Shown here: positions 33,385 to 42,904 of the stretch, piece by piece | Layout of the letters: each line of letters starts with the position of its first letter | How positions within the stretch are numbered: the stretch's first letter is position 1 | Assembly: GCA_963830235.1 (NCBI GenBank) | Contig: CAWHLR010000028.1 | Span: 3,454 to 67,453, forward strand | Length of the DNA: 64,000 nt | Direction of reading: 5' to 3' | Source of the DNA: an uncultured Verrucomicrobiae bacterium | Lineage (GTDB): Bacteria > Verrucomicrobiota > Verrucomicrobiia > Limisphaerales > UBA11358 | Translations under genes and position numbers: made by a program | Notes under the pieces: generated by a model | What the model saw: only the letters and a program-made list of their open reading frames with translations | The model's database searches: none | What the model was told of the DNA's origin: nothing

Positions 33385-35829
33385 ATGTCTATCGCATCTG
33401 GCCGAATGATCCTTCGGCAGCACGTTCTCGGGGCGGGTTGGTGGTGGTTGCTGGTGGCCGGCCAGTTGGCGGCTGCTGCGGCTGATTTCTATGTCGCGCC
33501 CACGGGCAATGACGGCAATCCCGGCACCCTGAGCCAGCCCTTCCGGACGGTGCAGCAGGCCGCCTCCATCCTGCAACCGGGTGATACGGCGTGGCTGCGG
33601 GGAGGGACGTATCGCGAGACGGTCGTGCCAGCCCATTCGGGAGTTGCGGGCGCTCCGATCACCTTTCGTTCTTATCCCGGCGAGTTTGCCGTGATCAGCG
33701 GTGTTGATCTGGTGACCAACTGGACTCTCTACACCGGCAGCATCTACAAGGCATCAATGCCCTGGTCACAGAATGGCGGGTCCCGCTGGTGGAGCGTGGC
33801 GGGCGGCGACCAGGTGTTTGTGGACGGTGTGATGATGTGTGAAGCCCGCTGGCCAAATCTGCCGGCCGGAGTCACGCCCGCAACCTGCGAAAAGACCAAC
33901 CTGGCCCGGTCGGAAGGCGGCCAGGTGCTGGTCACGAGCACATACATGGAAGGGCCGGCCGTCGCCCGTTACACGCTCACGGGACTGCCCGGCAACAACA
34001 ATGCCTTCAAGGATGCCCGCATCTTTTTCCTTTGCGGCGCCCATTGGGCCCCGATGACCGGCACCGTGACGGCTTCAGACACGAACTCGGTCACCTTCAG
34101 TTACCTTTGGGACGACAACACGAACGCAAACAACGCGTACTGCATCCAGGACCGGGATCATTTCTACCTCTGGGGCAAGCTCTCGTTGCTCGACTCGCCG
34201 TGCGAATGGTTTAACGATGCCAACGGCACATTGTATTTGTGGACGCCGGGCGGCGACAATCCCACCGGCCACGTTGTGGAGGCCAGGAAACGGGACATGG
34301 CGTTTGATCTCCGGGGCCGGTCGTACATTACCCTGGCCGACTTGAACATTTTCGCCGGCGATTTGGAAAGCGACACGAACAGCCATCATGTCACGCTGCA
34401 GGGCGTGGATGCCCGTTATGTGGCGCACGGCACCTGGGTGAACTGGTGGTGGGACTCCGGCGCCTGGGACCTGAGCCTGAAACTGCTGGGCTCCAACACG
34501 GTCGTCAGCGATTGCGACATCCATTGCTCGGCCGATTCCACGCTCAAGGTGGGGGTGCATGGGTATGGACCCGACGCCACCGCGAACGGCGACAACTCGG
34601 TGATTACCAACAACGTCATCACTGACTGGGGGTATTGCGGGGCCGGATGCGGGATCGAGTGGGCTGGCAGCAATGTGCTGATCTCGGGCAACGTGATCAG
34701 CAACAGCCTTTCGTGGATGGCCATTAACTCGTGGCAGAGCCGGACCTCCCGGATTATTTACAACGATCTCTCCGCCATGGGCAAGCTGGTCTGGGACCAG
34801 GCGGCGCTCTATGTTTATCCAGCCGGGAATTTGCAGGGGACCGAGATTGCCTGGAACCGGATCCACGACACGCTGGGGGAATTCGACCCCACGAGAAGCT
34901 ACAACGGCAGCGACGGGATTTATTTTGATGCCGGCAGCAGTTTCTTTATCCTGCATCATAACGTCATCTGGAACACGCCGGCCATGGCCCTGAACCTCTA
35001 CGGAGTCGCGAACCTCCTGATCTCGGATTTCAACATCTACAACAACACCTTCGATTCCACCAATGTGGACCTCCTCAATGTCCAGAACCTCCAATTCTGC
35101 AACAACATCGTGAGGAAATGGGCCGACCGCGGTTACGGCGCCGGAAACGGCAACCAGATTTACCAGAACAACATTGAAAACCTGAACCCGGCCCAGCAGT
35201 GTCCCGACCCGCATTATGTGAACCCCGCCGCGGGCGATTTCACCCTCATGTCAAATTCCCCGGCGATTGATCAGGGCGTGGTCATCCCGCCCTATACCGA
35301 CGGCTATGTCGGCCCGGCCCCGGACATTGGCGCTTACGAATATGGCAAGCCCGCCTGGCGGGCCGGCGCGACGGTGGCACAACGACACTTGTATGGACTG
35401 TTCGTCTCCTGGGATGGCGTTCCCGGCTCCAACACCGTTTTTACCGTCAATGGTCTGCCGGGCTTGCGCGGGTTGGGAACCAATTTCAAACTCCAAATCG
35501 GCACCAATGCCGCTGGCGGAACTGTGAGTTTGCAGAACGGCAACTGGACGGTCAGCAACGTGCCGGGAGCCGCGAGCCTCGCTCCGAGAATTCCCATTTA
35601 CGGACAGGTGGGCGATGGCTTGCCGGTGGCACTGGGCTCGCCATTGTTGGGCATCACCGTCAGCAGCGGCAATGTGATTCTCGACTGGAGCGGTTCGACA
35701 GTCAAACTTCAGAGCACCGCCAATCTGCAGGATTCGTGGAGTGATGTCCCCGGCGCCGCCAGCCCTTACACGATTCCGCTTACGAACAGCCAGCAGTTCT
35801 TCCGCACCGTGCCCGGGTCGGGCCAGTAA
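33385..35829 (+). CDS. Secreted right-handed parallel beta-helix protein (pectate-lyase fold, DUF1565-like N-terminus) with C-terminal tail module
   Basis: FYVAPTGNDGNPGTLSQPFRTVQQAASILQPGDTAWLRGGTYRE. Multiple beta-helix turns (NNVITDWGYCGAGCGIEWAGSNVLISGNVISN...). Ends ...LQSTANLQDSWSDVPGAASPYTIPLTNSQQFFRTV. Confidence 0.7.
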   Translation: MSIASGRMILRQHVLGAGWWWLLVAGQLAAAAADFYVAPTGNDGNPGTLSQPFRTVQQAASILQPGDTAWLRGGTYRETVVPAHSGVAGAPITFRSYPGEFAVISGVDLVTNWTLYTGSIYKASMPWSQNGGSRWWSVAGGDQVFVDGVMMCEARWPNLPAGVTPATCEKTNLARSEGGQVLVTSTYMEGPAVARYTLTGLPGNNNAFKDARIFFLCGAHWAPMTGTVTASDTNSVTFSYLWDDNTNANNAYCIQDRDHFYLWGKLSLLDSPCEWFNDANGTLYLWTPGGDNPTGHVVEARKRDMAFDLRGRSYITLADLNIFAGDLESDTNSHHVTLQGVDARYVAHGTWVNWWWDSGAWDLSLKLLGSNTVVSDCDIHCSADSTLKVGVHGYGPDATANGDNSVITNNVITDWGYCGAGCGIEWAGSNVLISGNVISNSLSWMAINSWQSRTSRIIYNDLSAMGKLVWDQAALYVYPAGNLQGTEIAWNRIHDTLGEFDPTRSYNGSDGIYFDAGSSFFILHHNVIWNTPAMALNLYGVANLLISDFNIYNNTFDSTNVDLLNVQNLQFCNNIVRKWADRGYGAGNGNQIYQNNIENLNPAQQCPDPHYVNPAAGDFTLMSNSPAIDQGVVIPPYTDGYVGPAPDIGAYEYGKPAWRAGATVAQRHLYGLFVSWDGVPGSNTVFTVNGLPGLRGLGTNFKLQIGTNAAGGTVSLQNGNWTVSNVPGAASLAPRIPIYGQVGDGLPVALGSPLLGITVSSGNVILDWSGSTVKLQSTANLQDSWSDVPGAASPYTIPLTNSQQFFRTVPGSGQ

Positions 35830-35895
35830 CAGCACGCGCGCATCACCGGGCCGGCAGCCCGGACGGAACCAAGGGTGAATTTATATTGAAGGATT

Positions 35896-37551
35896 TCAAC
35901 CGATAATCTTCAACGCGAAGGCGATGTCGCACGGTTTTTTGTCCGGCAACGTCAGGTGCAAGCCTTTTTCGTCGCGGACGAATTTCAATTTGCCGCGGAC
36001 GCCCAGCATCCGCACGCTGCCAATCTTGCCGGGCCACTGCGGGGAGTTTTCCGCCAGCGACTGGATGGTGACCTTGCCGTCCGCCGGAAACGTCAGGACG
36101 ATGGCATACAACGTCTTGCCATCCTTGGACTGCGTGAAACGGATGTCCTCCGGCGTGAATGGTTTTTTGTGCGTGTCGCTCTGGCCGTCGAACTGGCCCT
36201 TCTCAAACGATTTGGTGGACGGGCCTTCGCCAAAAACCTTCCACGGCCGGGTCGCGTAAATCGCCTCGCCGTTGACCTTGAGCCAGGCGCCGATGTCGCC
36301 GACGATTTTTACCTCGTCGCTGTCTATCGAACCGTCGCCGCGCACCGGCACGCTCAACATCAGATTGCCGTTCTTGCTCACGATGTCCGCCAGCATCGGG
36401 ATGACCGTGGTGGCGGATTTGTATTGGTGTTTCTCGAAAATCTGGCGCTGGTAATGCCAGTCACCGATGCAGGTGTCGGTCTGCCAGGGCTCGGGCAAGA
36501 TGTCCGTCGCTTTGCCGCGCTCGATGTCATAAACCAGCGCCCTGCGCTGCTGCGGATCCAGATGCTTGGCATTCATCACGGCCTCGTTCCGGCCATGCCA
36601 TTGGAAGCTGGAATTGTAAAAATGCGCGGCCAAATCGAGGCCGATCTCATCCGTCATACCGTGAAACGGCAGCACGGTGTCGTCGAAATAAATCATGTCC
36701 GGCCGGTAATCATCCCAAAGCTGCTTGGTGCGGAGAAAAAACTTTTGCACGTAAGCCGCGTCGGGAAGGCTGCAGCCCTTGGCGGCATTCCATTCCCACC
36801 ACTCCCAGTCTTTCTGCGTGCCGCGCGCGTGGTTCTGCGCGTAGAGATCCTGCGGATCGAGGCCGTCCCACCAAAGCCCCCTGCCCTCCGCCTTCGTCAG
36901 TTTGCCGTCGTAAGGCACCCCCGCCAGCGGACCGGCCTGGTCCGCGCCTTGGGCCGGCTCGTACCACGACCAGGCGTGCGAGGCATGAACACTCACGGCA
37001 AATCGCAATCCGTTTTTTCGCGCCGCATGCGCCCACAGCCCGATGATGTCTTTCTTCGGGCCGAGAGCGACGGAGTTCCACGGCTGATACTTGGAATCGT
37101 ACAGGTCAAAGTTGTCGTGATGGTTGGCCATGGCCAAAAAGTATTTCGCGCCGGATTTCTTGTAGAACGCCAGCAGGTCGTCGGGATGGAAATTCTCCCC
37201 TTTCCACAGGGGGATGATGTCCTTGAATCCGAACTTCGACGGCGGGCCGTAATGTGCGACGTGGAATTTGTTCTGGGCGCTGCCCTGCTGATACAGGCTG
37301 CGCGCATACCAGTCGCCGTCCTCCGGCTGGCATTGCGGTCCCCACACGGCCCAGATGCCGAACTTCGCGTCACGAAACCACTCCGGGCATTGGTACTGTG
37401 CAGCCAGCGATTCCCAAGTCGGTTGAAACGGGCCGGCGGCAATGTCCCGCGCCGCCGGAAGATTGGTTTGGGCAAAGCCATTGGCCGCCGCTGCCGCCAG
37501 CATCAATGCCGCCGCGGTCAAATTGAAACGAATAATGGTTTTGCTTTGCAT
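35896..37551 (-). CDS. Glycoside hydrolase family 29 alpha-L-fucosidase
   Basis: WFRDAKFGIWAVWGPQ..., KYFLAMANHHDNFDLYDSKYQPWNS, signal peptide, C-terminal beta-sandwich. Confidence 0.85.
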   Translation of the reverse strand: MQSKTIIRFNLTAAALMLAAAAANGFAQTNLPAARDIAAGPFQPTWESLAAQYQCPEWFRDAKFGIWAVWGPQCQPEDGDWYARSLYQQGSAQNKFHVAHYGPPSKFGFKDIIPLWKGENFHPDDLLAFYKKSGAKYFLAMANHHDNFDLYDSKYQPWNSVALGPKKDIIGLWAHAARKNGLRFAVSVHASHAWSWYEPAQGADQAGPLAGVPYDGKLTKAEGRGLWWDGLDPQDLYAQNHARGTQKDWEWWEWNAAKGCSLPDAAYVQKFFLRTKQLWDDYRPDMIYFDDTVLPFHGMTDEIGLDLAAHFYNSSFQWHGRNEAVMNAKHLDPQQRRALVYDIERGKATDILPEPWQTDTCIGDWHYQRQIFEKHQYKSATTVIPMLADIVSKNGNLMLSVPVRGDGSIDSDEVKIVGDIGAWLKVNGEAIYATRPWKVFGEGPSTKSFEKGQFDGQSDTHKKPFTPEDIRFTQSKDGKTLYAIVLTFPADGKVTIQSLAENSPQWPGKIGSVRMLGVRGKLKFVRDEKGLHLTLPDKKPCDIAFALKIIG

Positions 37552-37569
37552 GATTGTGTTTTTTCCAAT

Positions 37570-38712
37570 TCACCCTTTCATCGTGCGAAACTGGCGCAGG
37601 GCGACAAAGGGATCAATCCGGGTCAGCAGAAAATGCGCCCAGTGGTTTTGCCAACGCTGCCAGAAGGTCTGTGACTTCCGCCACTGGTGAAGCTCGATTC
37701 TTTGCGAGTGTTTTAGCAGGCGCTCAAAAACTTCCCGCGCTTCAAAGGCCGCCGCCTCGTCTTCGAGACGCAGCATCAGTTCGTAATTCAGATTGAGGCT
37801 GCGGATGTCGAGGTTGGACGAGCCGGCGTAAACCGCCCCGTCGCTGAGAATCAGTTTGGCGTGCAGAACCTGCGGTTGATACTCGTAAATCTCCACGCCG
37901 GCCTTCAGCAGGCGGCGATACAAACTCCGGCCCGCCAGTTGCGACACCAGCACGTCGGATTTGCCGGCCAGAATCAGTTGCACGCGCCCGCCGCGCCGCG
38001 CCGCGCGCAGCAAATCCCGCCGCAGCCGCCGGGTCGGCAGAAAATACGCGCTCACGATCCGCACCTCGCGGGCTTTGGCCAGATCCTGATGCAACGCGGT
38101 TTGAAACGGGCTGGAGCCCCGGCCGGGATGGCTCAGCAATAATTCCCCCGCCGGTTGGTTGAGCGGTTTGCGCCGGCGTTTGAACGCGCGCAATCGCATC
38201 AGCGGGTTGCGGCGGAAATCCGACAGCGCGAACAATTCATCGAAGGACGCCGCCAGCTCCCCGGCCAGAACGGGATTTTCAATCCGGACGCCCACATCGC
38301 ACCAGCCGCGCTTCACGCCGTCGCCATCGTATTCATCGGACACGTTGAATCCGCCAATGAAGATCGTGGCGTCATCGCAAACCAGCAGCTTGCGATGGTT
38401 GCGCACGCCGAACCGCCAGAGATGGAGGGGATTGAAGCGGCGGACTTCCGCGCCGGCGGCCACGAGCGGCGCAAAAAAATCATCCGGCAACAGCCACGAA
38501 CCCAGCGCATCCACCAGGACCTGGACGCGCACGCCGCGCCCTGCCGCCGCCAGCAAGGCTTCCAAGAACTGCCGCCCCAGCTTGCCGTCGGAATAAATAT
38601 AAGTTTCCAGCCGGATGGATTTCCGGGCCGCCGCGACGGCCGCCAGCATGGCCGGAAAAATTTCCTGACCCGCGCAGAGCCATTGCCAGGCAAAAGGTTT
38701 TGGAGCAGCCAT
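37570..38712 (-). CDS. Phospholipase D-family protein with two HKD motifs (ClsB-type cardiolipin synthase-like)
   Basis: HKD motifs NHRKLLVCDDATIFIGGFNVSDEY and LHAKLILSDGAVYAGSSNLDIRS. Confidence 0.85.
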   Translation of the reverse strand: MAAPKPFAWQWLCAGQEIFPAMLAAVAAARKSIRLETYIYSDGKLGRQFLEALLAAAGRGVRVQVLVDALGSWLLPDDFFAPLVAAGAEVRRFNPLHLWRFGVRNHRKLLVCDDATIFIGGFNVSDEYDGDGVKRGWCDVGVRIENPVLAGELAASFDELFALSDFRRNPLMRLRAFKRRRKPLNQPAGELLLSHPGRGSSPFQTALHQDLAKAREVRIVSAYFLPTRRLRRDLLRAARRGGRVQLILAGKSDVLVSQLAGRSLYRRLLKAGVEIYEYQPQVLHAKLILSDGAVYAGSSNLDIRSLNLNYELMLRLEDEAAAFEAREVFERLLKHSQRIELHQWRKSQTFWQRWQNHWAHFLLTRIDPFVALRQFRTMKG

Positions 38713-38741
38713 GATTCACCGTAATTTCCGCGCTGCTAATA

Positions 38742-40151
38742 TTATTTTGAGCAATCGGAAAGTAATTGTGCAGCTTCCCCGGAACCCAAGTCAGATGCTT
38801 TCTTAAAATATTCGCGCGCCTTGTCCAAATTTCTTTCAATGCCTTCTCCATCCCGATAACATTTGCCAGCTCTAATCATGCTCTCCAGACTTCCACTGTC
38901 CGCGAGGGTTAAAATCCGAATAAATTTTTGGTGCTTGGCAGCTTGTTCGTTGAGTTTGTTTTCTTCGTTTATCCGTTTCGCCTCCGCTTCGGTGGCTTCG
39001 TTAGCTTTCTTAAAATATTCATCGGCTCTGGCTGAATCCTTTTCAACACCCTTGCCGTCACGGTAACGCTCGCCCATGCGAAGCAAGGCAGCCGGATCGC
39101 CTTTGTCGGCCTGTGCTTGGTCAAATGCGAGGACTTTTGCAACTAACGCTTGCTGCTTTTCAGCCTCGTTATCCTTCAACTGTTTTGCATATACATTGGG
39201 CAAATCTTTTATCTTCGCTTCGCATTCGGAATATATGCTTTGTTTTTTTGCGTTAAAATCATCTGAAATCACTGACAATTGCAGTTCAATTTTGGACAGT
39301 TCGTTTTTATTATCATCCAGTTCCTTTGTAATTCGCGGGTCAGCGCCACCAACGATAACAATGTTATCCCATTGTTTGGCCAAATCAGGCGGAGGAGAAT
39401 CAACTATTTTTCCGTAGTCTAATCGTCTAACGGTATTAACACGGAGGTCAATTGTTGTGTTGGTATATTGATAGATTGATGATTCTGCGCCCAAATGAGC
39501 AACAAAATTCATGGGTGACGTGATTGCTTCTCCGTCAGCAAACGGGTGGGTCTTAATTGGAAAATTATCAACAAAATACTCTCGTTCTCCGTAGCCAGCT
39601 TCCAGCGGCGGGCCAAAATCTCCATGAACAAGAATTCCATTTGGTTTAACTTCCAAAACATGGCCCGTAAATTGAACCCAAGATTTATCCTTTGCGTTAT
39701 AGATTTTTCCGTCCAACAATCGCCACGGGTCTGTCGGTTTAAACAATTGCTTGGCGCGAAGATGACCGTTTTCTAGTTCCGATTCGTTTCTTTGACTTTC
39801 TAGTTGTGCAGCTTTTTGTTTAAGTATCAATTTCTGAGATTTCAAATCCGCAAGATTTGTATAGCCTGCACTTAATTTTGCAAGGGCTTCGTCCCGTTCA
39901 CTGGTTAGCTTTGCAACTGCGGCATCCCTAAACATTTCCCATCCGGCTTGTTTGGCGCCAGCTTGTGCTGCTGCTTGCATTCGCGCCTGTGCCTCGGCTT
40001 GCGCTTGTGCTTGGGCGTAGGCTCGATCCCGCTGGGCTTTTGCCTGTGCCTCGGCTTGTCTTTGCATGTACGTTTGACCCCAAACAACCTCGCAAGTGCT
40101 GCCAAGCATCATGGCAAGTGCCACAGTAGAAATAAATGCTGTCAGTTTCAT
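38742..40151 (-). CDS. Secreted protein: Q/A-rich coiled coil, unknown central domain, two C-terminal Sel1 repeats (low-GC gene)
   Basis: Signal peptide from the ATG at 40151 (MKLTAFISTVALAMMLGSTCEVVWG). AEAQAKAQRDRAYAQAQAQAEAQARMQAAAQ. Sel1 units LRMGERYRDGKGVEKDSARADEYFKKA and IRAGKCYRDGEGIERNLDKAREYFKKA. Confidence 0.7.
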   Translation of the reverse strand: MKLTAFISTVALAMMLGSTCEVVWGQTYMQRQAEAQAKAQRDRAYAQAQAQAEAQARMQAAAQAGAKQAGWEMFRDAAVAKLTSERDEALAKLSAGYTNLADLKSQKLILKQKAAQLESQRNESELENGHLRAKQLFKPTDPWRLLDGKIYNAKDKSWVQFTGHVLEVKPNGILVHGDFGPPLEAGYGEREYFVDNFPIKTHPFADGEAITSPMNFVAHLGAESSIYQYTNTTIDLRVNTVRRLDYGKIVDSPPPDLAKQWDNIVIVGGADPRITKELDDNKNELSKIELQLSVISDDFNAKKQSIYSECEAKIKDLPNVYAKQLKDNEAEKQQALVAKVLAFDQAQADKGDPAALLRMGERYRDGKGVEKDSARADEYFKKANEATEAEAKRINEENKLNEQAAKHQKFIRILTLADSGSLESMIRAGKCYRDGEGIERNLDKAREYFKKASDLGSGEAAQLLSDCSK

Positions 40152-40259
40152 GGGTGTGCCTTTGAATTGTTGAACTGTCCGGTTTTTACCACCTTCCAGA
40201 TTATTTTCCAACCCCAATTGCGACTGCCGGGAAGATGCATGCCACTAGGAAAAATCAAG

Positions 40260-40769
40260 TCAGCCCGGCTTTGGCAAATCGTCTGGATTAACCAAACAAA
40301 AATTTGTGAACAGTTCTTTTCCCGAAGTCAGGCGAACAAATGCTTTTCCTTGCTTTTGTTTTTTAAACATATCACGGGCTTCGCTTTCTGGAAAATTGTC
40401 GTCGGTAAAAGTAAATTTCCCCCCTTCAGCAGAAAGTTCGAGAAGACGACCTTTGGTTTTAGCATTAAATAATTCCCGTCTGGATGACGAAGGTTCCCAA
40501 GACAAAGACGGTTGCCCTGGTTTGGCTAAAGTTTTCATTGCCGTGTTTGGCAATATCACTCCCGCACACTCAATTCTAACTAATCTGCGACCTTGATTGA
40601 CTACCGAAAGTTGAACATACAAATGGAATTTTGGATTAACTTCATTTGATTGAAAACCCATCGAAGCTTCTAATTTCACTTTGGCTCGGTCGCAATATAT
40701 TTCAAATGCTTTAATCCCTAAAGCCAATGTTCCAGTAACTGCTCCCCATATTCCAACTGGATCAGCCAT
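40260..40769 (-). CDS. Hypothetical protein with N-terminal hydrophobic helix (low-GC gene)
   Basis: 169-aa ORF (MADPVGIWGAVTGTLALGIKAFEIY...). No recognisable domain. Composition matches the neighbouring low-GC gene. Confidence 0.5.
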   Translation of the reverse strand: MADPVGIWGAVTGTLALGIKAFEIYCDRAKVKLEASMGFQSNEVNPKFHLYVQLSVVNQGRRLVRIECAGVILPNTAMKTLAKPGQPSLSWEPSSSRRELFNAKTKGRLLELSAEGGKFTFTDDNFPESEARDMFKKQKQGKAFVRLTSGKELFTNFCLVNPDDLPKPG

Positions 40770-40816
40770 AAGCTGCCTTACAATGTATTGTTTTCAGATT
40801 TTTGTTCAGGTTGCAA

Positions 40817-40864
40817 CGCCAGTTGCTCCAGCGGGTTCGTGGCCAGGCCGGGTTCGGCGGTGAC
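40817..40864. repeat. 48-bp direct repeat, copy A (duplicate of part of the scpB 3' coding end)
   Basis: gccagttgctcCAGcgggttcgtggccaggccgggttcggcggtgac versus the copy at 41263-41310 (central triplet GGG). In frame, both encode VTAEPGLATNP(L/P)EQLAL. Confidence 0.85.
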
Positions 40865-40866
40865 AA

Positions 40867-41076
40867 TCACGCATAAACCAACCGTCCACGTGGCTGCGGA
40901 ATGTCCTGGCCGTCTTCCTTTGCCGTTTTGATCCAAAATTTGATGGCGTCCTCGGCGGTTTTGATGGCGTCCTGCCGGGTCGGGCCGTGGGCCATGCAAC
41001 CGGGAAGTTCCGGCACGTCCACCACGTAGGCACCGTCTTCCGCGCTCCACCAAATAATCATTTCGTAGCGGTTCAT
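40867..41076 (-). CDS. hicB: HicB-family antitoxin-like protein (UPF0150 fold only, no DNA-binding domain; no hicA seen)
   Basis: MNRYEMIIWWSAEDGAYVVDVPELPGCMAHGPTRQDAIKTAEDAIKFWIKTAKEDGQDIPQP is a typical HicB N-terminal domain. Confidence 0.75.
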   Translation of the reverse strand: MNRYEMIIWWSAEDGAYVVDVPELPGCMAHGPTRQDAIKTAEDAIKFWIKTAKEDGQDIPQPRGRLVYA

Positions 41077-41111
41077 GCTGTTCTCTTCAGCCCTCATCCG
41101 GCCTCCGGCCA

Positions 41112-41136
41112 CCTTCTCCCATCCGATGGGAGAAGG
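41112..41136 (-). terminator. 10-bp-stem hairpin between the scpB stop and the hicB start
   Basis: ccttctccca-tccga-tgggagaagg read directly. No U-tract, so function as a terminator is uncertain. Confidence 0.4.
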
Positions 41137-41174
41137 AATATTTTGTGGGACGTGATCCCAGGGCTGCGCTCATT

Positions 41175-41897
41175 TCATTTCGCTTGCCCTGGGCTACTAT
41201 CTTCCGCCCTTTCAGGGCTTTCATTTCCGCCTTCATCCGGCTTCGGCGCGGCATTTTCCAATGCCAGTTGCTCGGGCGGGTTCGTGGCCAGGCCGGGTTC
41301 GGCGGTGACCGGGCCGGGCGGTTTTTCAACGGCAATGCGGCGGAGTTCGTCCGCGGCGGGCAAACCGTCGAGGTCGCTCAAACCAAAGTATTCGAGGAAC
41401 AGCGCGGTCGTGCCGTAAGTCGGCGGACGACCCACCACTTCGGCGCGGCCAACGGCCTCCACCAGACCGCGCTCCGTGAGCGTCTGCATCGTGGCGTCCA
41501 CGTTCACGCCGCGAATCTGCTCGATCTCGGCGCGCGTGATGGGCTGGCGATACGCGACGATGGCCAGCGTTTCGAGCGCGGGCTGCGACAGCCGCGGCGG
41601 ACGGGCCTTCACCCCGACGAGCGCCTTGAGCCACGGCGCAAATTCCGGCTGGGTGACGAATTGCCATGACCCGGCGACACACGCGAGACGGTAGCTGCGC
41701 GCGGCAGCTTCGTGGTCGCGCGCGAGTTCTTCGAGCGCCAGCGTCAGTTCGGTGTCCCTGGTTTTGGCCAGCGATTTGGCGGTGGCATCGGCGCCCTCCT
41801 GTTCGGTGGCGGCGGCGAGCACGTCGCGAAGCTCCTTCACGCTCAGCGGTTTTTGCGCGGAGAACAGCAGCGATTCGAGAATGAATTTAAGTTCCAT
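41175..41897 (-). CDS. scpB: Segregation and condensation protein B
   Basis: LKFILESLLFSAQKPLSVKELRDVL...TLAIVAYRQPITRAEIEQIRGVNVDATMQTLTERGLVE. Confidence 0.9.
   Translation of the reverse strand: MELKFILESLLFSAQKPLSVKELRDVLAAATEQEGADATAKSLAKTRDTELTLALEELARDHEAAARSYRLACVAGSWQFVTQPEFAPWLKALVGVKARPPRLSQPALETLAIVAYRQPITRAEIEQIRGVNVDATMQTLTERGLVEAVGRAEVVGRPPTYGTTALFLEYFGLSDLDGLPAADELRRIAVEKPPGPVTAEPGLATNPPEQLALENAAPKPDEGGNESPERAEDSSPGQAK
41263..41310. repeat. 48-bp direct repeat, copy B (inside scpB)
   Basis: See copy A at 40817-40864; about 45/48 identical. Confidence 0.85.
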
Positions 41898-41924
41898 TTG
41901 TGATTTTCGATTTGCGATTTACGA

Positions 41925-42806
41925 TTAACGCGGGCTTTCACCTTCCGGGCCGGCCTCACTGGCAGCAACAGTTGGTTGAGAAACAACCGGAACGGGTACG
42001 GATGCGGCAACGGGTTCAGTCGCGGGTGAAAATGGGGCATCGCCTTGTGCCGTGCCGGAGGCCGGCGCTCCGGTCGCCGCTGGTTCGGTGCGGCGGATTT
42101 CGATTTCGCCAAAGGGTTCGGGTTGCGAGCAGACGAGCTGGCGCAGGCGGATCAATTCGAGCAGCGCCAGAAAGGTGCAGATGACCTCCGACCGGTTGGC
42201 GGCGCTTTCGAACAGTTCGGCAAAGCGCAGGCTGCCGCGTTCGGAAATCACGCGGAGAATGAACTCGATTTTTTCACTGACGCTCCATTTGTCCTCGTAT
42301 ATCGCGCCCGGATCTTCCCGCTTGCTGAAGCGCTGCAGCACGACGTTGACGGCGTTGAGCAGATCGAAAATCGAAACATCCGGCTTGGGCGGCGGCGCGG
42401 CGTTTTCAAATTCGAGCTTGCCGGGCAGGCGCGGAAAAATGTTTTCCTGCTCGGCTTCGAGGACTTGCAGGCGCGCGGCGGCGTCCTTGAATTTTTTGTA
42501 TTCGACGAGCTGCCGGATCAATTCCCAGCGCGGGTCTTCGCCTTCCTCCTCGCCTTCGACCTGCACCTGCTGGTCCACCGGCAGCAGCTCGCGGCTCTTG
42601 ATGTACATGAGCGTCGAGGCCATCACGAGAAATTCGCCGGCGATCTCGAGATCGAACTGGCGCATCAGGTCAATGTATTCGATGAACTGGGTGGCGAGGC
42701 GCGTGAGGTTGACTTCATAAATGTCCACCTCCTCCTTTTTGATGAGATAAAGGAGCAAATCGAGCGGGCCTTCGAAGACCTCGAACTGGACTTTGTATTC
42801 GGCCAT
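41925..42806 (-). CDS. scpA: Segregation and condensation protein A (kleisin)
   Basis: FEVFEGPLDLLLYLIKKEEVDIYEVNLTRLATQFIEYI... Confidence 0.9.
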   Translation of the reverse strand: MAEYKVQFEVFEGPLDLLLYLIKKEEVDIYEVNLTRLATQFIEYIDLMRQFDLEIAGEFLVMASTLMYIKSRELLPVDQQVQVEGEEEGEDPRWELIRQLVEYKKFKDAAARLQVLEAEQENIFPRLPGKLEFENAAPPPKPDVSIFDLLNAVNVVLQRFSKREDPGAIYEDKWSVSEKIEFILRVISERGSLRFAELFESAANRSEVICTFLALLELIRLRQLVCSQPEPFGEIEIRRTEPAATGAPASGTAQGDAPFSPATEPVAASVPVPVVSQPTVAASEAGPEGESPR

Positions 42807-42904
42807 GAAACGGCGGAAATTCTAAGGCGGCGGCGCGGTGTTGGCAATGGCGGAACGAAAATATCCCGGCAAAAGACGCAGTTCCAGGGAATGCGGCGTT
42901 GGAC

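Noticed and set aside
35846-35862. Bidirectional terminator between the convergent beta-helix and GH29 genes (CCGGGC-cggca-GCCCGG)
   Set aside because: It has only a 6-bp stem without a U-tract, which is too weak to call.
35956-37674. Long antisense or alternative-frame ORFs opposite well-supported genes (also 44636-46219, 34075-35214, 22471-23460, 48673-49962, 61495-62850, 15711-16289, 27371-28417, 38155-38724)
   Set aside because: These are typical shadow ORFs of high-GC DNA. Their translations are Arg/Gly/Pro/Ala-rich low-complexity strings without motifs, and each lies opposite a gene with clear family signatures.
40770-41175. A hicA toxin partner for hicB
   Set aside because: No frame on either strand near hicB gives a HicA-like (dsRBD-fold, ~60-80 aa) product. 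The flanks are occupied by the 48-bp repeat and REP-like hairpins.
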